64,000 nucleotides of DNA from the human T2T-CHM13v2.0 reference genome, Homo sapiens: assembly GCF_009914755.1 (NCBI RefSeq), contig NC_060936.1. The stretch is one strand, 5' to 3'. The notes beneath the pieces are model-generated. The model saw only the letters and a list, made by a program, of their open reading frames with translations, ran no database searches and was not told where the DNA came from. The position numbers and the translations under genes were made by a program. Below are positions 29,476 through 43,400 of this stretch, piece after piece (position 1 is the first letter of the stretch; every line of letters starts with the position of its first letter).

Positions 29476-31739
29476 GTATCAGGCAGGATACAGAGGAAAA
29501 AACTGGGTAGAAGAAGGGGAGCAGGCAGAGAGGGCTTTTTGGTGGAGGTGACATCTGGGCTTGAAATATCAATAAACGTTTACAAGGAAGACAAATTTGG
29601 GAATGAGGGGTGGTCACAGCTAGGCACATTCTTGGGAGAAGATATGGAATGTACAAAGCAGGCAATAAGACTAGTCATGTCAGCAAGTGGATAATGAGCG
29701 TTTTGCACACTTTGCTATGGAACTGACCTTCACCTAATGGCAGTGACTAAAGGGTCCCTTATGCATAGAAAGAAACGTGAGTGAGTGTTCAGGGTCCACA
29801 TCCAGACTCAGGTAGTGACCCTGCCACCGATACACCATTGGTACTTGGACAGGCAATATTATCCCTTCCATCCTCAAGGTGCCTCAACTATAAAAGGAGG
29901 CAAGTATGCCTGAGCGTTGAATGTAGTTGGGTCATTACAAAGATTTCTTGAAAACCTGAAGTCCATTTTTTGGGCGTTGTGAGCTATGAGCTTACACACA
30001 GCCCGCCACCCTACATTGCTAATCTTGTGGGGTGTTTTCCTTTGTTTTTAAAACAGGAAATGGAAGACAGTGGCACAGTGCCCAAACTCAATAAAGTTTC
30101 ATTGTTTTATTTCATTTTGAGAAAATTAATACTCATGAAAAAATTTCTATTTTCAAATTAAATGGATGACAATACGCTTTGTCTTTCCTCATCCCCATTC
30201 AGTCAAGAGAGATTAAAAATATTCAAGAACAACATACTTATTTGAAAAACATATCAATCTGCCAAGCAGAGACTTGTAAAGTTGGGAAAAAAAGTGCATC
30301 ATGGACATGGCTAAATTTTCTAGAATGAGACAGACTAGGAGGGAACCCGATTCTGTATCCTGTGGATCACTGATGTGACAAAATTGGCTAAATAATTTAT
30401 AGCTTCTTTTAGCCTAGTAGATTCAATAATACCCTAACAAAATATGAGGAGAAAAAAGAGGAAATTCATGGTATTTTCCAAAGTACACATGGTCATTCAT
30501 TTTTAGGACAAAGAACGAATGGAAATTCACTTATTCCCAAAGACAGCAGGGAGAGAAGAGATATGAGAACTAAGACAGCTAATAACACAGCCATTATAAT
30601 ACATGACATTTGATTAACTGCAACTTCAGACAAAATAATTTACTTCTCTGAGCTTTAATTTGGTGATCAACTAGACAAAAGAAAAGGAATTGATACCTAT
30701 ATACCTGTTATATCTGTAGGAAAAATGTGTGATAGATTCGCTATTATAGGTGTTAGGTTTGATTTTTCTTTTCTGGTTGGGAAGAAGAGAGAAAAGCATC
30801 CCCCTGAGCTGCAAAGAGGTGAAAATCCTGTCTTAACACCCAGACGGGGGTGCTGAGAGGGTCGCTCAGTCACCATCGGCACAAATACACATCAGGCCAA
30901 GCAGCTAAGGGAAGAGCAGGGCTTTTCTCAGAGCCGTAAATTGCCTCAGAGGAAATCCAGCTCCTGAAACCGTCCAGCCTAGTAGCTTCTGGTTTATCCC
31001 CTCCTCTTCATACTTCCAGTTCATCTTTCAAAGTGCAATTCACAGGCAAAGACACGCACACACACACTTTGATACACATGTATGCACCTGGCCAGCAGTG
31101 TGTGGGTGTTAATAAAAACAGGGCTCCTTCCTGCCCAATTCAACACCGATGATACACACCGCAGGCTGTTCCCTTCCAGAGAGGTGGAAAATAGGCTTAT
31201 TATAGTAATTATTGTCATCATTACTATTTTTTTTCTCACCTCTAAACAAGTTTCAGAGAAATGGTACATTGCATTTAGGGTACAAGTATGTTCACATGAT
31301 TCTAAGTATTGCATAGTTATATTTCAATCCTAAGGATTTATTTGGCAGCCCTAGGATCTAGCTGTCTGCCTCCAATTTATCAATCCACAGGGAAGCTGAT
31401 GACAGTAAAGCTCCCCTCTTCAGCCCCGGGGTTAAGGCATTTGCCAGGCTGACAGCTAGTATGGCTGAACACTTCTTAGGCTCTCCTTTTTATATCTGTT
31501 TTTGGGTCTACTTCCTCTGTTAGACTACGGATTCCTTGATGGTAGTCACCAATGAATGTTTAAATTTATCTAGATTCCTGGCACAACACCCCTACTGCTA
31601 TCTACAGGAAATGTTAACTGTCAGCCTCCACTTGAGCAAATCCAGGTCTCAGGTTTATTTAAAATATTGTGAACTTTGAATCCACAAAAGCCCTTATGTC
31701 TACTGAGGCTATCAAAGTTGAAGATAATACAGACCGCAT

Positions 31740-32262
31740 CTGATGGATGGGGAACTGACTTCATCTTCAACGTTCTAACTCAGAAGCCAAGAAGAACGCT
31801 TTCAAGACCAGCATGGCCCATGCAAAGCTAGAGGAACAGAAAGTGCCTGACTGTTTTGGGCAACTGGATTCTGCCTGAGCTCTGCACAAATGTGCCTTTG
31901 TCTCACTCTCTCTGGGAAGCTACAGTGAGCCCTAAGCGGCCCTGTTGCCTACCTGGCCTTCACTGCTGTGTCTGCTTTCATTTAAGTTTTAACAGCCTCT
32001 CCCACCTCCAACTCTGGCAGTAGCCGGTCTCGCCTATCTACAGGCACAGCTCCTGTTGGATTTCTCTTCATGGCAACAGCTCTCAGCAGGTGCTGGGTGG
32101 CTGTTCCTCCCCTCTGCCCCTTCAAGCCATCTGGTAGGTGTCACTATTGCCCGTGGCTTCTCTAATACTACCCACATCACCGGAAATGGTCCTTTCATAA
32201 ACTCTCTTCAATCACCTCACTGGTCGCACCATGTGTTTCCTGCCAGGAATCTGATGGATTGA
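31740..32262 (+). mobile_element. Old ERVL-type LTR (LTR33/LTR16-like)
   Basis: 3' terminus cctttcataaactctcttcaat...ccatgtgtttcctgccaggaatctga resembles ERVL LTR ends. 5' boundary uncertain. Confidence 0.4.
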
Positions 32263-33979
32263 CCAGCGAGTGAAAACACGGGGACAGGGCAGAAATGTGG
32301 ACCTCAAAAAAGGATCGGAGCTCGGGCTGGTGTGAGCTACTAGGAGCTGGCTCCAGCACATCCCTGGCTTCGTCCTGTACATCACAGTCTTTCCATCATG
32401 TTTCAGCCCTCGAGTGAAGCACCCTGTTTAAGGCCACCGAGGCTATAAGAAATTTAAAATGTTATATTGAAATAATAAAGACCAACATCAATCTGAGAGA
32501 GCTCTGTTATCTGGCAAATGGGGTTGAAACCAATTTCTCAATAGCTGGAGAAGAGGAAGTTTTGAACGTTTACTGCTATGACAATGATTAAATGCAATAG
32601 ACCACTTCTTATGACTCAAACAAGATCTAGAATCTTAGCTCCATGACAGTAATGTGGGGACAAAGGGAATCCTGCGGCAGTCTTATGGGTAAAAAGAGTA
32701 AGAAAAGTTAAAGCCGATTCTCAGAGCCTGTTACAGCTGCCACACACCTTGGTGAAAGGGACCCTGATTCCGGCCCCAGTGGTCACAAGGTCACACTGCG
32801 AGATGTTTAGGGACAGTCCTCTTGTGACATGAGCACAACCCACATCTCAAATGTAGACACGGAAAGGTGCCATTTACATTTTTTTCCTCTTGTCTGAAAA
32901 TAATGTGAACACTGAGTTGGGACAGAAAATGGCTCAGGTTCAGGATCTCAAAAGCAGAGCTGCCAACCCACACTCTCTAGTTGGCTCAGGCTGGTGATAT
33001 CATTTCCTCACTTTCATGAGCTCTAAAATTTACTCATAAATGCACAGGGAGTAAATTTTTAAAAGGGGAAATGAATGAAGAAATTATACCCCCTCAGAGA
33101 CAAAAGTAGACTTGTATACTTGATGTCTTCCCTAAGCCAATTTAAACATTGCTTTTTCCCATGCCAAACTTTCTTTGCCAAGAGGCACTGCCAGATGTAC
33201 TAATGAACAGAGCACCGAAGGCCGATTAAAATCAGAGGATTTATAAACTGACATTTTAGATTTCTGGTCTTTGGTTCTGAACTTCTTTTTTTTTTTTTTT
33301 TTGCACAGAGCCTTTTGTTTGATTTGTTTTTAATCAACAGTCTGATCCTTCTTGCAAACACCAGTTCCTGAGATTAAAACGTCTTCTCTCACAACAGCAA
33401 TTACCTTTCAGAATTAAGTGAGGAGGAATCATGAAGCTCCCGGATTGCTTTACTCTAATTGAGAATAAACTAATTTCTAACTTTACTTGGAAATGTAAGT
33501 TATATTCTGCATAAGTGTGTATTAAAATGTTTAAAAAATAAAAGCAAAAACCTTTTAGAAGGCACTTTATTGAAAAATATCAGTCCAGTGCAAAAATTTC
33601 TATTCACTTTAAGCAAGCACTAGTGAGGAGATAAGGTAATTAAGTAAATTAGAAAAATGTTGGTGAATAAATATTTTCCTGATTAGAATGCAACTATTAC
33701 AGGAATTTATGATGACATAGAAAAAGTTAGAAATGAACTTTCTTTATTTTTGTGGTTCTGAACAAAAATGTAAAAGGCATTAGAAAGCTATGTATTGAAT
33801 TTAAAAAAGTATGATGAAGACTAAAGAGATGGGGGAGAGCTGTAAGCGAAGACATCTTTGAAAGTCTGGTTTAACTTACAAATTATTATATGTGTGTTTC
33901 ACACAGATGGGGCAGGGGGCAGGCCGCAGTAAAAGCAACCCAGTAAGTTGCAAGTGGTAGAGGATGGAGGAAAAACAAA

Positions 33980-34200
33980 TATCTTTCAAGCACATACCAT
34001 ATGCCAGACACTTGACTTAAATGGGCCCACTGAAGCCTCATGATAATATTACAAAGTAGGTATAATTATCTCCATTTTTGTAAGTGAGGAAATTGAGGGC
34101 CAGAGAGCATGAGAGACTTCTCTTAGTTGATCCAATCAGTAAGAAGCAAGGGCTTCAAACTGAGGTCTGAGTCACTCTAAAGCCTGTCCTCTTCCCACAG
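33980..34200 (-). mobile_element. MIR SINE
   Basis: gtaggtataattatctccattttt-gtaagtgaggaaattgagggccagagag. Confidence 0.7.
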
Positions 34201-34492
34201 TCCACGTGGCTTTGGTATTCGAAGTTAATGCCAAGTGTGGGGAGGAATTTCAGCCTTCTCTACCATCTGACTTCATAGCAGAAACACACTGACGGCAGAT
34301 ATGTCCCAGAAACTGGAGGTGGCCAAATGAGACACTGCTGAGGACCTCTAACAGAGGGTGCTATTGGTTTACTTTGCCAGATAAATGCAAGCACAAGATT
34401 GCATTCTACACTCTACAGGGATGCAACAGGATCTATGGCACACAACACATATTTCTTGTCAAGTACTCTGAATGCATGTGTGAAAGGTTTGA

Positions 34493-34850
<358 letters not shown>

Positions 34851-37800
34851 TGAAAGAATGGACGTATACATATCCTCTGATCACAGTGGGATAAAACATA
34901 ATTTATTTGACTGATCTTAGTTACTGACTTGTAAGTCGATATTATATCTGAGAGAGCTTGAGGGGTGGATAATAATCACTTTTGACATATGAAATCAAAT
35001 ACTGTAATGAAACTGCCCTTCTTAGTAAGGAAAGTGAAGGAGCATCCACATTCTAGTGACCACAGGGGTTCAATGAATAAATTAAGTGGACAGGTAAGTG
35101 GGTCAAAGGCCTTCTAAATTTAAATCTACACACATTCTTAACTTGTTATTGTTCTAAGCTTCTTTCTATAATATTCCACTGTTTATGATGAATTTTTCAG
35201 GAATGTAACACTGTGATCATCACTGAATCTTGTAACATATCTGTCACAGTATTTACACAGGCAGATGGATTTGGAAAATCAGAAGAGTGATGCTGCTCTA
35301 AGAGATATGTGTCCATGTGCATTGAGATCTAACCTAGTGGAGTGACTCAGGAGAAAGGGGGGCTTGAGTGAGGTACACCTAGGACCCCCACCTGACACCC
35401 ATGACTTCAGTGGGAGGCTGTGGCCTGAGGTGCACTAGATGGGTGCCTGTGAGAATCAAGAGAGAACATCTGGGCAAAAGCTCAGCCATGTGCTGGGAAC
35501 CTGTCTGAGGAGGGGGTGGAGAGAGACAGCCAGCTGCATAGGTGTCAGGGCTTTGAAGCATCATGCTTACCATATCCAGCTTTGATTGGCAAAATGGAGA
35601 TGACTGTGGCACAAGTAATGCCACAGAATCCTAGGTCAAGAACTCTAACTTAATAAGGGGACCTAGTGTGGAAGAGAGATAGGAGCGCTTAATCATTTTA
35701 TTCCCTCTCTAAGGATTCAATTAAGAACCAAGATGGATTTAAACATGCAATAAAGCCAAGAATGAATCTAGCTTTGATGAAATGGAAGAAAAAAGGAAAA
35801 GGATAAATCAGATACATTTTCATAAACCATTTTGTTCCTACGAAAATAGGAAATATCCATGCCTGGGAGAAGCGGTCTTCTACCTATGACTATAGCTCAA
35901 ATGTTTCTGTTAGGAAGACATCCCTCGGGCAAAGTCTTCCAAAGCAGGATGATCACTTCTTTTCTGTTAAGAAAGTGACAAAATGTTTTACTTTTTCACA
36001 AAGCAAGTCACACTCACCAAAATGCATGATTCATCTATCCACTTGGAATTGTCATACAGAAGACAGTCCCTTTGTTCTATAATCTAAAATTAATAAGGAG
36101 AAAGAACCATAAAAAAGTTCACACAGTTTCACTCTCCTAGTGAAGATCTAAATGTTTTAGAGTAGCACTTCCAAAAGATAATCATCCATCCTACTTTATC
36201 AAACTACGGAGATATGTTTGGCTTACTTTAAGGATACTACACATGAATATAACAAGAAGTGTAGTAACTCTTAAGAGGTAAAAGAGGAAAAAAAGGTGAG
36301 ATTTGCTTCCATGATTGAACTTCTAGAGGAATTACTATTCATGGTAGATTTGATTCCTGTTATCTGTCAATGTACTCACCCAAAATCAAAATATCTTTTA
36401 TAATCAAAACATGTTGCATCTCATTGGACAAGACCCACATCCCTACTTCTGAAACATATGGTCACAAAATCCTGATGGATCATTTTGTTTCCACAAAGAT
36501 GGTTAAAAGGCTCTTTACACAAATAATTGACATGATGGAATAACGCTCTTCCTTCACCTTGAACTGTGTTTTCAAACAGCCTAACTGCCATGGCTTAAAA
36601 GGGTGAATTTAATGGACTAATGAAATGTAGCAAAGGATGGAAACAAAGGTCCCTATGTTTGGAAATGGTATCAAATGCTTGTAATTTTCTGAGTTCAGAC
36701 ATGCACACACCTATCTTCATCATTTCAGAGCATGGGAGATGCATGCATAAAAAGACTGATTTTCACCAAAGCACAACAGCTCAAATATCTCAAGTGTATA
36801 TAAAAGACAAGAAGGTTTATATGATCTATATGAGGCTTGACATACAGATAAAAGTAAGAACTTAATCCAATAGTCACTAGTTGGGAGTTATATTTTTCTT
36901 GGAAAAGTCTTACAAGGGAGTAGAAAATAAAATGTTTTAGACAAAGAAACAGAGAACAAACTTGTTTCTTCAACAAGCCTTGGCAATAAATTACTCCCCA
37001 AGTGAAGACATTGTCATTGTGAGGACCAAAATCTGTAACAGGCAGAAAAATAGGGTTCACTGGCCGAAGTCACCCAAATCAGAAGGAACTGTGGTGGACT
37101 GGAATGGAGAGAATTTTCCAGCCAATGTCAGGGAAGCTGCCATTCCTAAATGTTCTTTCCAATTAATCACTTTTTCATACCAAATGCCAGAGTCCTGGGT
37201 TATAAGCGAACAGGGCCAATTTGGCCATTTAAAGTTGCCAGGTTCTTTTGTAAATACTGGTGGCCTGTGGCAATTAAAACCAGATGGGATACAAAAATGA
37301 GAGCAAGTCTGAGAAGAAGTTCTGTTAAAAGTGCAGCCATTTTTTAGCAGTCACACACTGGCTTCTCAGGAAGCTCCAGGAAGTCTTTTCTCTGTCCTCC
37401 AGCTCTCCTGTAAGAACCTTCCATGAAAGGTTCCCGCTGAGGTGCATGTAACAATGTCTTGAGGCAGCCACATCTCACTTTCTACTTAGAGAAGGCCAAG
37501 AAAACTCCCTCGAGTGCCTTCTTTTAAATCATGTTAAGCAGGTGAAGATACAAATTTTTAACTTATTCCAGTTAAAAGAAAAAAATACCTGTAGAGAGAT
37601 ATATATGGTGCTACTTTGGTCTTGCTTTGGAAACTGCCACTTATTAATAATATACCAATGAATGAGCTCTTCTAGGTGAAACTTGCCTCCCCAAACTGTA
37701 ACATTTCATGAATGGCCTTGCAGGGTCCCTCATCCATCAGGACTCCCAGCAGTCACAGACACTGTTGTATCAAACATCTATATACACATTTCTAATTACA

Positions 37801-38497
37801 GCCTCCATAGAATGAAAAATATAATTGGTTTCAAGGTCTTAGGTTACTGTTGCCTTGTTGAAAACTATAAAAGGAATGGTTTCAAAGGAATCCTTTTTCA
37901 GGTGGTATTGCTAAAAAGGTAATAATATGAAAATGTTTTTGTTGATGCTGTGGTGGCGGTTGTTTTTGGAGGTACAAAGAAGGCAAGCAAGGAAATGTTT
38001 AAACATTGCCCAAAAATGAACTCTCAAGGTCCAGTGACCCAGGCACCTTTGTATATCAAAGTTGATACTTCCCAAAGCACGTTGCAAGAACATTTATCCA
38101 CAAGAAGTCCCTAAAAAGGGGTTCCAAATTCAAATAAGTTTGAGGAATGCCATTCATGATACGCCCCTTTTGGAAACTCACAAGGCTTAGAGCAACATAA
38201 AGGCTTTGTGAAGCCCCCCAGTAAAGAAATATGTTTAACTTTTTGAAACCTAGTGCTTGTGAAATGCACAACTGTAGAATCTTTATTTAGAGTAACCTTA
38301 CTTAATGGTCTGTATGATGCTGTGACATATTTTGAGAAATGCTGGTACAAACTGCTCTAGCAGAATGAAATTAAGAAAAGTTCTCACTTCAGGAGTTTCT
38401 ATAACCTACTCCCCAAAAATCAACGCGCTCTCTGGCAAACACAATTTCACTGATCTCAACTATAGCCATCACGCTACAGTTGAAATACATTTTCTGG

Positions 38498-38797
38498 GGC
38501 CAGAGGCGGTGGCTCACACCTGTAATCCCAGCACTTTGGGAGGCCGAAGCAGGTGGATCACCTGAGGTCAAGAGTTCAAGGCCTGACCAACATGGTGAAA
38601 CTCCGTCTCTACTAAAAATACAAAAATTAGCCAGGCATGGTGGTGGACGCCTGTAATCCCAGCTACTCAGGAGGCTGAGGCAGGAGAATCGCTTGAATCC
38701 GGGAGGCGGAGGTTGCAGTGAGCTGAGATCATGTCATTTGCACTCCAGCCTGGGCAACAAGAGCAAAACTTGGTCTCAAAAAAAAAAAAAAAAAAAA
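38498..38797 (+). mobile_element. AluS (Sq/Sp-like)
   Basis: Full dimer with ggcaacaagagcaaaac and an A-tail. TSD acattttctg. Confidence 0.95.
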
Positions 38798-39589
38798 ACA
38801 TTTTCTGCTGTTCAGCCCTTTGTAGAGATGAAGAATAACTGATGGCCATTTTCTACACTAAAAATCACTATACATTTAGAGAACTTTGTTAAGCCATCTA
38901 TCTGCATAGTGGTGGCTCCAGCTGAGATAAATCCTAAGCACAGGAAGGCTTCTTGGCATCGTTAAACCATATCAGTGTTTATAGAGATAACATTCTCATG
39001 GGTGGGGTGGATGCAATGGAAATGGAGAAAACCAAGCTCTTCAAGGCACCCTGGGTCGTCTTATAACTTTATTCTCTATACTCTTAATATTGTTTGAACC
39101 AATGAGTGGTCAATTAAATCTCTAATGTTTTATCTTACTGTTTACCACTATGTTTTTCCTCTCCAAATGCACTGTCCTATACCTACATATTCCCTACATA
39201 TTTCTTCTGCTTGTTTCAAAAAACTTTGTCAGTTTTTAAGATCATTTTCCATTTCCATCACACCACTGGGTATGTGACGGCTCACTCCAGTTAGTCATGC
39301 AATTAGTCATGCCTCTGCCTACAAGAGACACAAAGTACAAGGAGCAGGCAGATGACGAAGGGAACCATCAGACACCTCCACCCCAGTTTACGTGCTTTGT
39401 CAAAGCACTCTTGAAAAATTTCCCATCCTCATCAATGGTTCTCTTGGAAAAACCTGGTCATTGATTATTCATTCGTTCAACAGATATGTTTCATTGCCAT
39501 CTAAAAAGATAGTCTCTTTGGGCACTGTACTTACTTAGAAGCAAACACTTAAAGAATTTAGCAATCAATCACTCCCATCTCTTTTGTAT

Positions 39590-39641
39590 TTTCCAGGTAC
39601 TAGTCTAGGCTCTTGGGAAAACATCAGTAAGCAAAACAGAC

Positions 39642-39682
<41 letters not shown>

Positions 39683-40420
39683 AAACCCTGCCTTTCCAGA
39701 GAGGAAAAGAGAGAAAGAGACCACGAGAAAGTGAGTCAGTGAGGCTGGTAAGGGGTATCTGTAATACACAGATTAAGGTGGACAAGAAATGGAGAGCAAT
39801 TCTAAACACAATGGTAGGCTGCACTGAGAAGGTGGCAATCAAGCAAGACTTGGAGGAGATGAACAATACTTATTTCATAGTAGAAAATGAGTTCAGGAAG
39901 TAGCAAGGGAGATAATGGAGTGGGGGTTGGATGGGACCAGCACATGTAGAACCTGTCAGGCCATTATAAAGGTGATGACTATTGTTGTCAGAGAAATAAG
40001 GAGCCACCAGAAGATTATAAATACAAGAAGGGCATGATCTGACTTACATTTTAAAGTAATCACCCTGACCACTGTGTTGAGGAATAGACTGGACCTTGGC
40101 GCAAGGGTAGAAGCAGGGAGATCGGTTAGAAGGCTATGGCAATAATCCAAATGAGAGATGACGGTGGCTTGGACAGGGTAAAAGCAGTGAAGGTGGTGAG
40201 AAGCTGTCAGTGTCTAGATGCATTTTGAAAATATGGTTGACAGAATTCTCTTGATGGATGAGATATGAAATTTGAGACAGAGAAAGAGAAAAAAGGAAAT
40301 CCCCCAAATTTTGGCTCAGGCAACTAGCAGAATGCACTGAGATGAAAAATGCTATTGAGGCAACACACTGAATGGGTAAAGTCAAAAGTTAAATTTCAGA
40401 ATGTTGAATTTGATACTACA
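39590..40420 (-). mobile_element. L2 LINE fragment
   Basis: gcatgatctgacttacattttaaag..atcaccctgaccactgtg..gaggaatagactgga..gttagaaggctatggcaataatccaaatgagagatga is typical of L2 in reverse. Confidence 0.8.
39644..39679 (+). repeat. (AG)n microsatellite
   Basis: Uninterrupted AG repeat of about 18 units. Confidence 0.97.
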
Positions 40421-43400
40421 GTGTGGAGATGCATGTATATAGATGACACTTTCCTTCTTGAACAACCCTAGGTCCTACATATATTATTTCACTTATTTTT
40501 ATTATATTACAGGTGAAAAATAAATTTTTTAATACTCACCAATGTTTCTGCTATGTAATAATGTAGACATATAAACATTAAAGCTCATATTACAAACTTG
40601 TTTTCTTTCTAATATTCTATGCTTCCTCCTTAGGCAATGTACATGTAAAAATAAGGAATTTTAGATTTTTTTTTTTTTGATGGAGGGATGATTCTTCCCA
40701 GGGTTGTATTTATCACCCTTGCACTCCCTTTATAGGCTCCTTGGGCACTGCACTTACAGCTAATCACCTAAAGAATCTGACAGTCAATCACTACAGTCTC
40801 CTCTGTGTTTCCAGTAGGCTTTTTGTCTAGAGGGACTTGTTTTAGCTGCTTTTATCTCTGGGACTCCTAATTACATATATCAGGGTTTTCTCAGAACAAG
40901 ATGGAAAATGGTGTGCTCCTTTAAATAGAAATTTCAGGTTCTAGATGGAAATGGAAAGGACAGAACGGTTCTAGATGTTACAAAAATATCTTCTGACATT
41001 TGTCACAGTTTAAAAACAATCAGAAGCATTGTCTGCTAAGTGTTAATGAGCTGTTTTTATGAAAATATGAATCATTATGAGAAATAACAAATGTAAAAAT
41101 TAAGATTCCTTCTCAAAAGGTGGCACTTGCTCTGAGTAATAATATAGACTATGAAATCTCACTGAGAATCACAAAGCATACAAATCAGGGGAAAAAAAAA
41201 CTAAAGCTGTTAGTGATGTCTGATAACTTCTTTTTCCATTATACCACTATCTAAGACTCACTAATAAACTCAGTGAGTCTTCCAACTGGGGGGTAAATAA
41301 AAGAGGGGTAGGTAAGTCATTTTCTTATTAAATAGTGTGACTTGTAAAAATGTAATTGCCTGTGAAGGCAAAGAAAAAGACAAATGATTTAGCGATGTGT
41401 AAAACTTTTGCCAGGCCTAGATCAAAAGCCAAGCAGAGCACTCCAGGTACAACTGAATGGTATATTCCACATGACACGAGGAAAGAGGATTTGTAAAAGT
41501 TTCAGCTCCAGAACAAGGAGAATAATTTTACAGGTGACATATTAATAATTGACAAAAAGGCAGGTCTTGGTAAGACTGCTCAAGGGCCACTGATTTTCAG
41601 GTAGCTGCTGAACAAAGGGTTGCATTTCTAGTGTCCACGTTGTTCCAACCCCTGATACTGAGGGGAATGGAGAAATCCAGCGATGGTAGCATGATGTTTT
41701 ATGAACAGCAACAACAAAAATGATTTTTTTCTTAAATCCTGACTATTTTCACAAAATTTTCAAATACCACTAAAGCCATCCATAATCTTTCTAAAGTCTG
41801 GAGCTTTAGGTGATAGTTGCAATAGCCATTTGTAAATAAGTCACTAAATTTCCCATTCTTCCTTCCCCTTGATAAACGTTCAGTCTTAACAGAGTGATTT
41901 TATGTTATATTCTGCCCTTCTGTTACATTTGAACATACTACCTTCCCGAACTATGCTTCTGCACTTAAAACCTGCACTTAAAAGTGTGTTACTACTATTA
42001 CCTCTTATGTCAAGAAGTTAAAGAAGCTCCCTGTCACTCAAGGTAAAGGATGAAGGGAGGTGGGGAGGAGAGCATTAACTTTTATAAGCAATAGTAATAT
42101 CAAACATAGATTCTGGTCATGGAAGCATGCCTGGACTTTGAAATACATCGACTCAAGAAAAGGCAGTCAATTGGATTTCTTTTAATAAAGGCTGATATTT
42201 CTACAAAATGGAGACAGGATCCCTCATTGTACTCCTGGGTTTAAGCTGTGAGAATTTCATGATGCTGGAACAACACAGGGCTCCTCATGTGTCAGCCTCC
42301 ATACTGAGTGTTTCATGTGGCTTGCCCTGGTCCAACCACAGTTGGTGCAGGGAAGATCAGAGAGGGGCCCACACAGCTATGCAGTGGCAGAGTCTGGCCT
42401 CAGACTCAGCTCAGTGCTGATCACTCCCCTCCACAGCCTTCCCTCCCCCCAGCCTTGGGACTCTCAATCTGGAATCTGGGCAACACAACTCAACATGCAT
42501 GCAGGAGCTACCCCCAACACAGAGGGGACTGGCTTCCACTTGAAGTTGGTGGTAAATTTAAAGTGAACTAAATTAATTATTGAATTTCATGTGAGACTAA
42601 CAAATGAAATCGAATGACAATCATAAGTCTGATACAGTATGTATCACATATGGTAAAGCAATGACATAAAAGTATGTGGGAAGGTCAGTACAATGGATCT
42701 TTAAATATGTTCCATTTTATAATGAGGTACAGATCCAACTTCTCTATTTTCTAACACTGCATCAAATGAAGTGGTGAGCTCATTTTCAAACTCTCATCAG
42801 AAAGATGATATGAAGGAAAATCTCAGCTTTGGAGCATGGCCTATGGGCCAAAGTTGACTAAAACTACTGAGCTGGAAAACTGTGACCCACATAGCAGAAC
42901 ATTATCAGCACAGGAAAAAGGTGGCAGGTGGAGAAGCCAGCTGAGAGCAGGGAGAAGAGGCTGCATCAACTGGGCTGGTCAAGTCTCAGACAGAACAGCA
43001 TCTCATACAATGGCTACTCTCATGGCACTGGTGGTCGGGGTCAGAAGGACCGTGGCAAGGCATCATCAGGGTCCATCTATCGAATACTGCAGTGGTCTCC
43101 AGGCAGAACAAGATGGATGGGTTGTAAATGGGCTAGAAAGATTGGATCTATAATAGCACGAAGAGGATTTTCATGAATTGAGGTTACAAAAAGAATAGAG
43201 AATGTGCTGTTTGCAAAGAATGGGAACTGAAAAGAGGAATGTAGGCCAGAGGAAAAAAGAAAAATCCGTGTTGGCATAGAGCCATTCACTATTAAATGCA
43301 ACCTTCATTCCCCAAGTTCAATTTTATTTTACCATTCAGTATATTAAAACATGATGCTTATTTTACCAGGTTTATAACTGCTATTCTGGAATTTAGTGAT

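Noticed and set aside
36962-37300. 112-aa plus-strand ORF in unique sequence (also 4591-5082, 42836-43153 and 53752-54156)
   Set aside because: No recognisable domain or supporting splice structure. The lengths are within chance expectation and some overlap old repeats.
39290-41985. Short direct duplications (ttagtcatgc x2 at about 39291; ctgcacttaaaa x2 at about 41959; also cacttttgagc x2 at about 16961)
   Set aside because: Ordinary 10-13 bp slippage duplications with no array structure.
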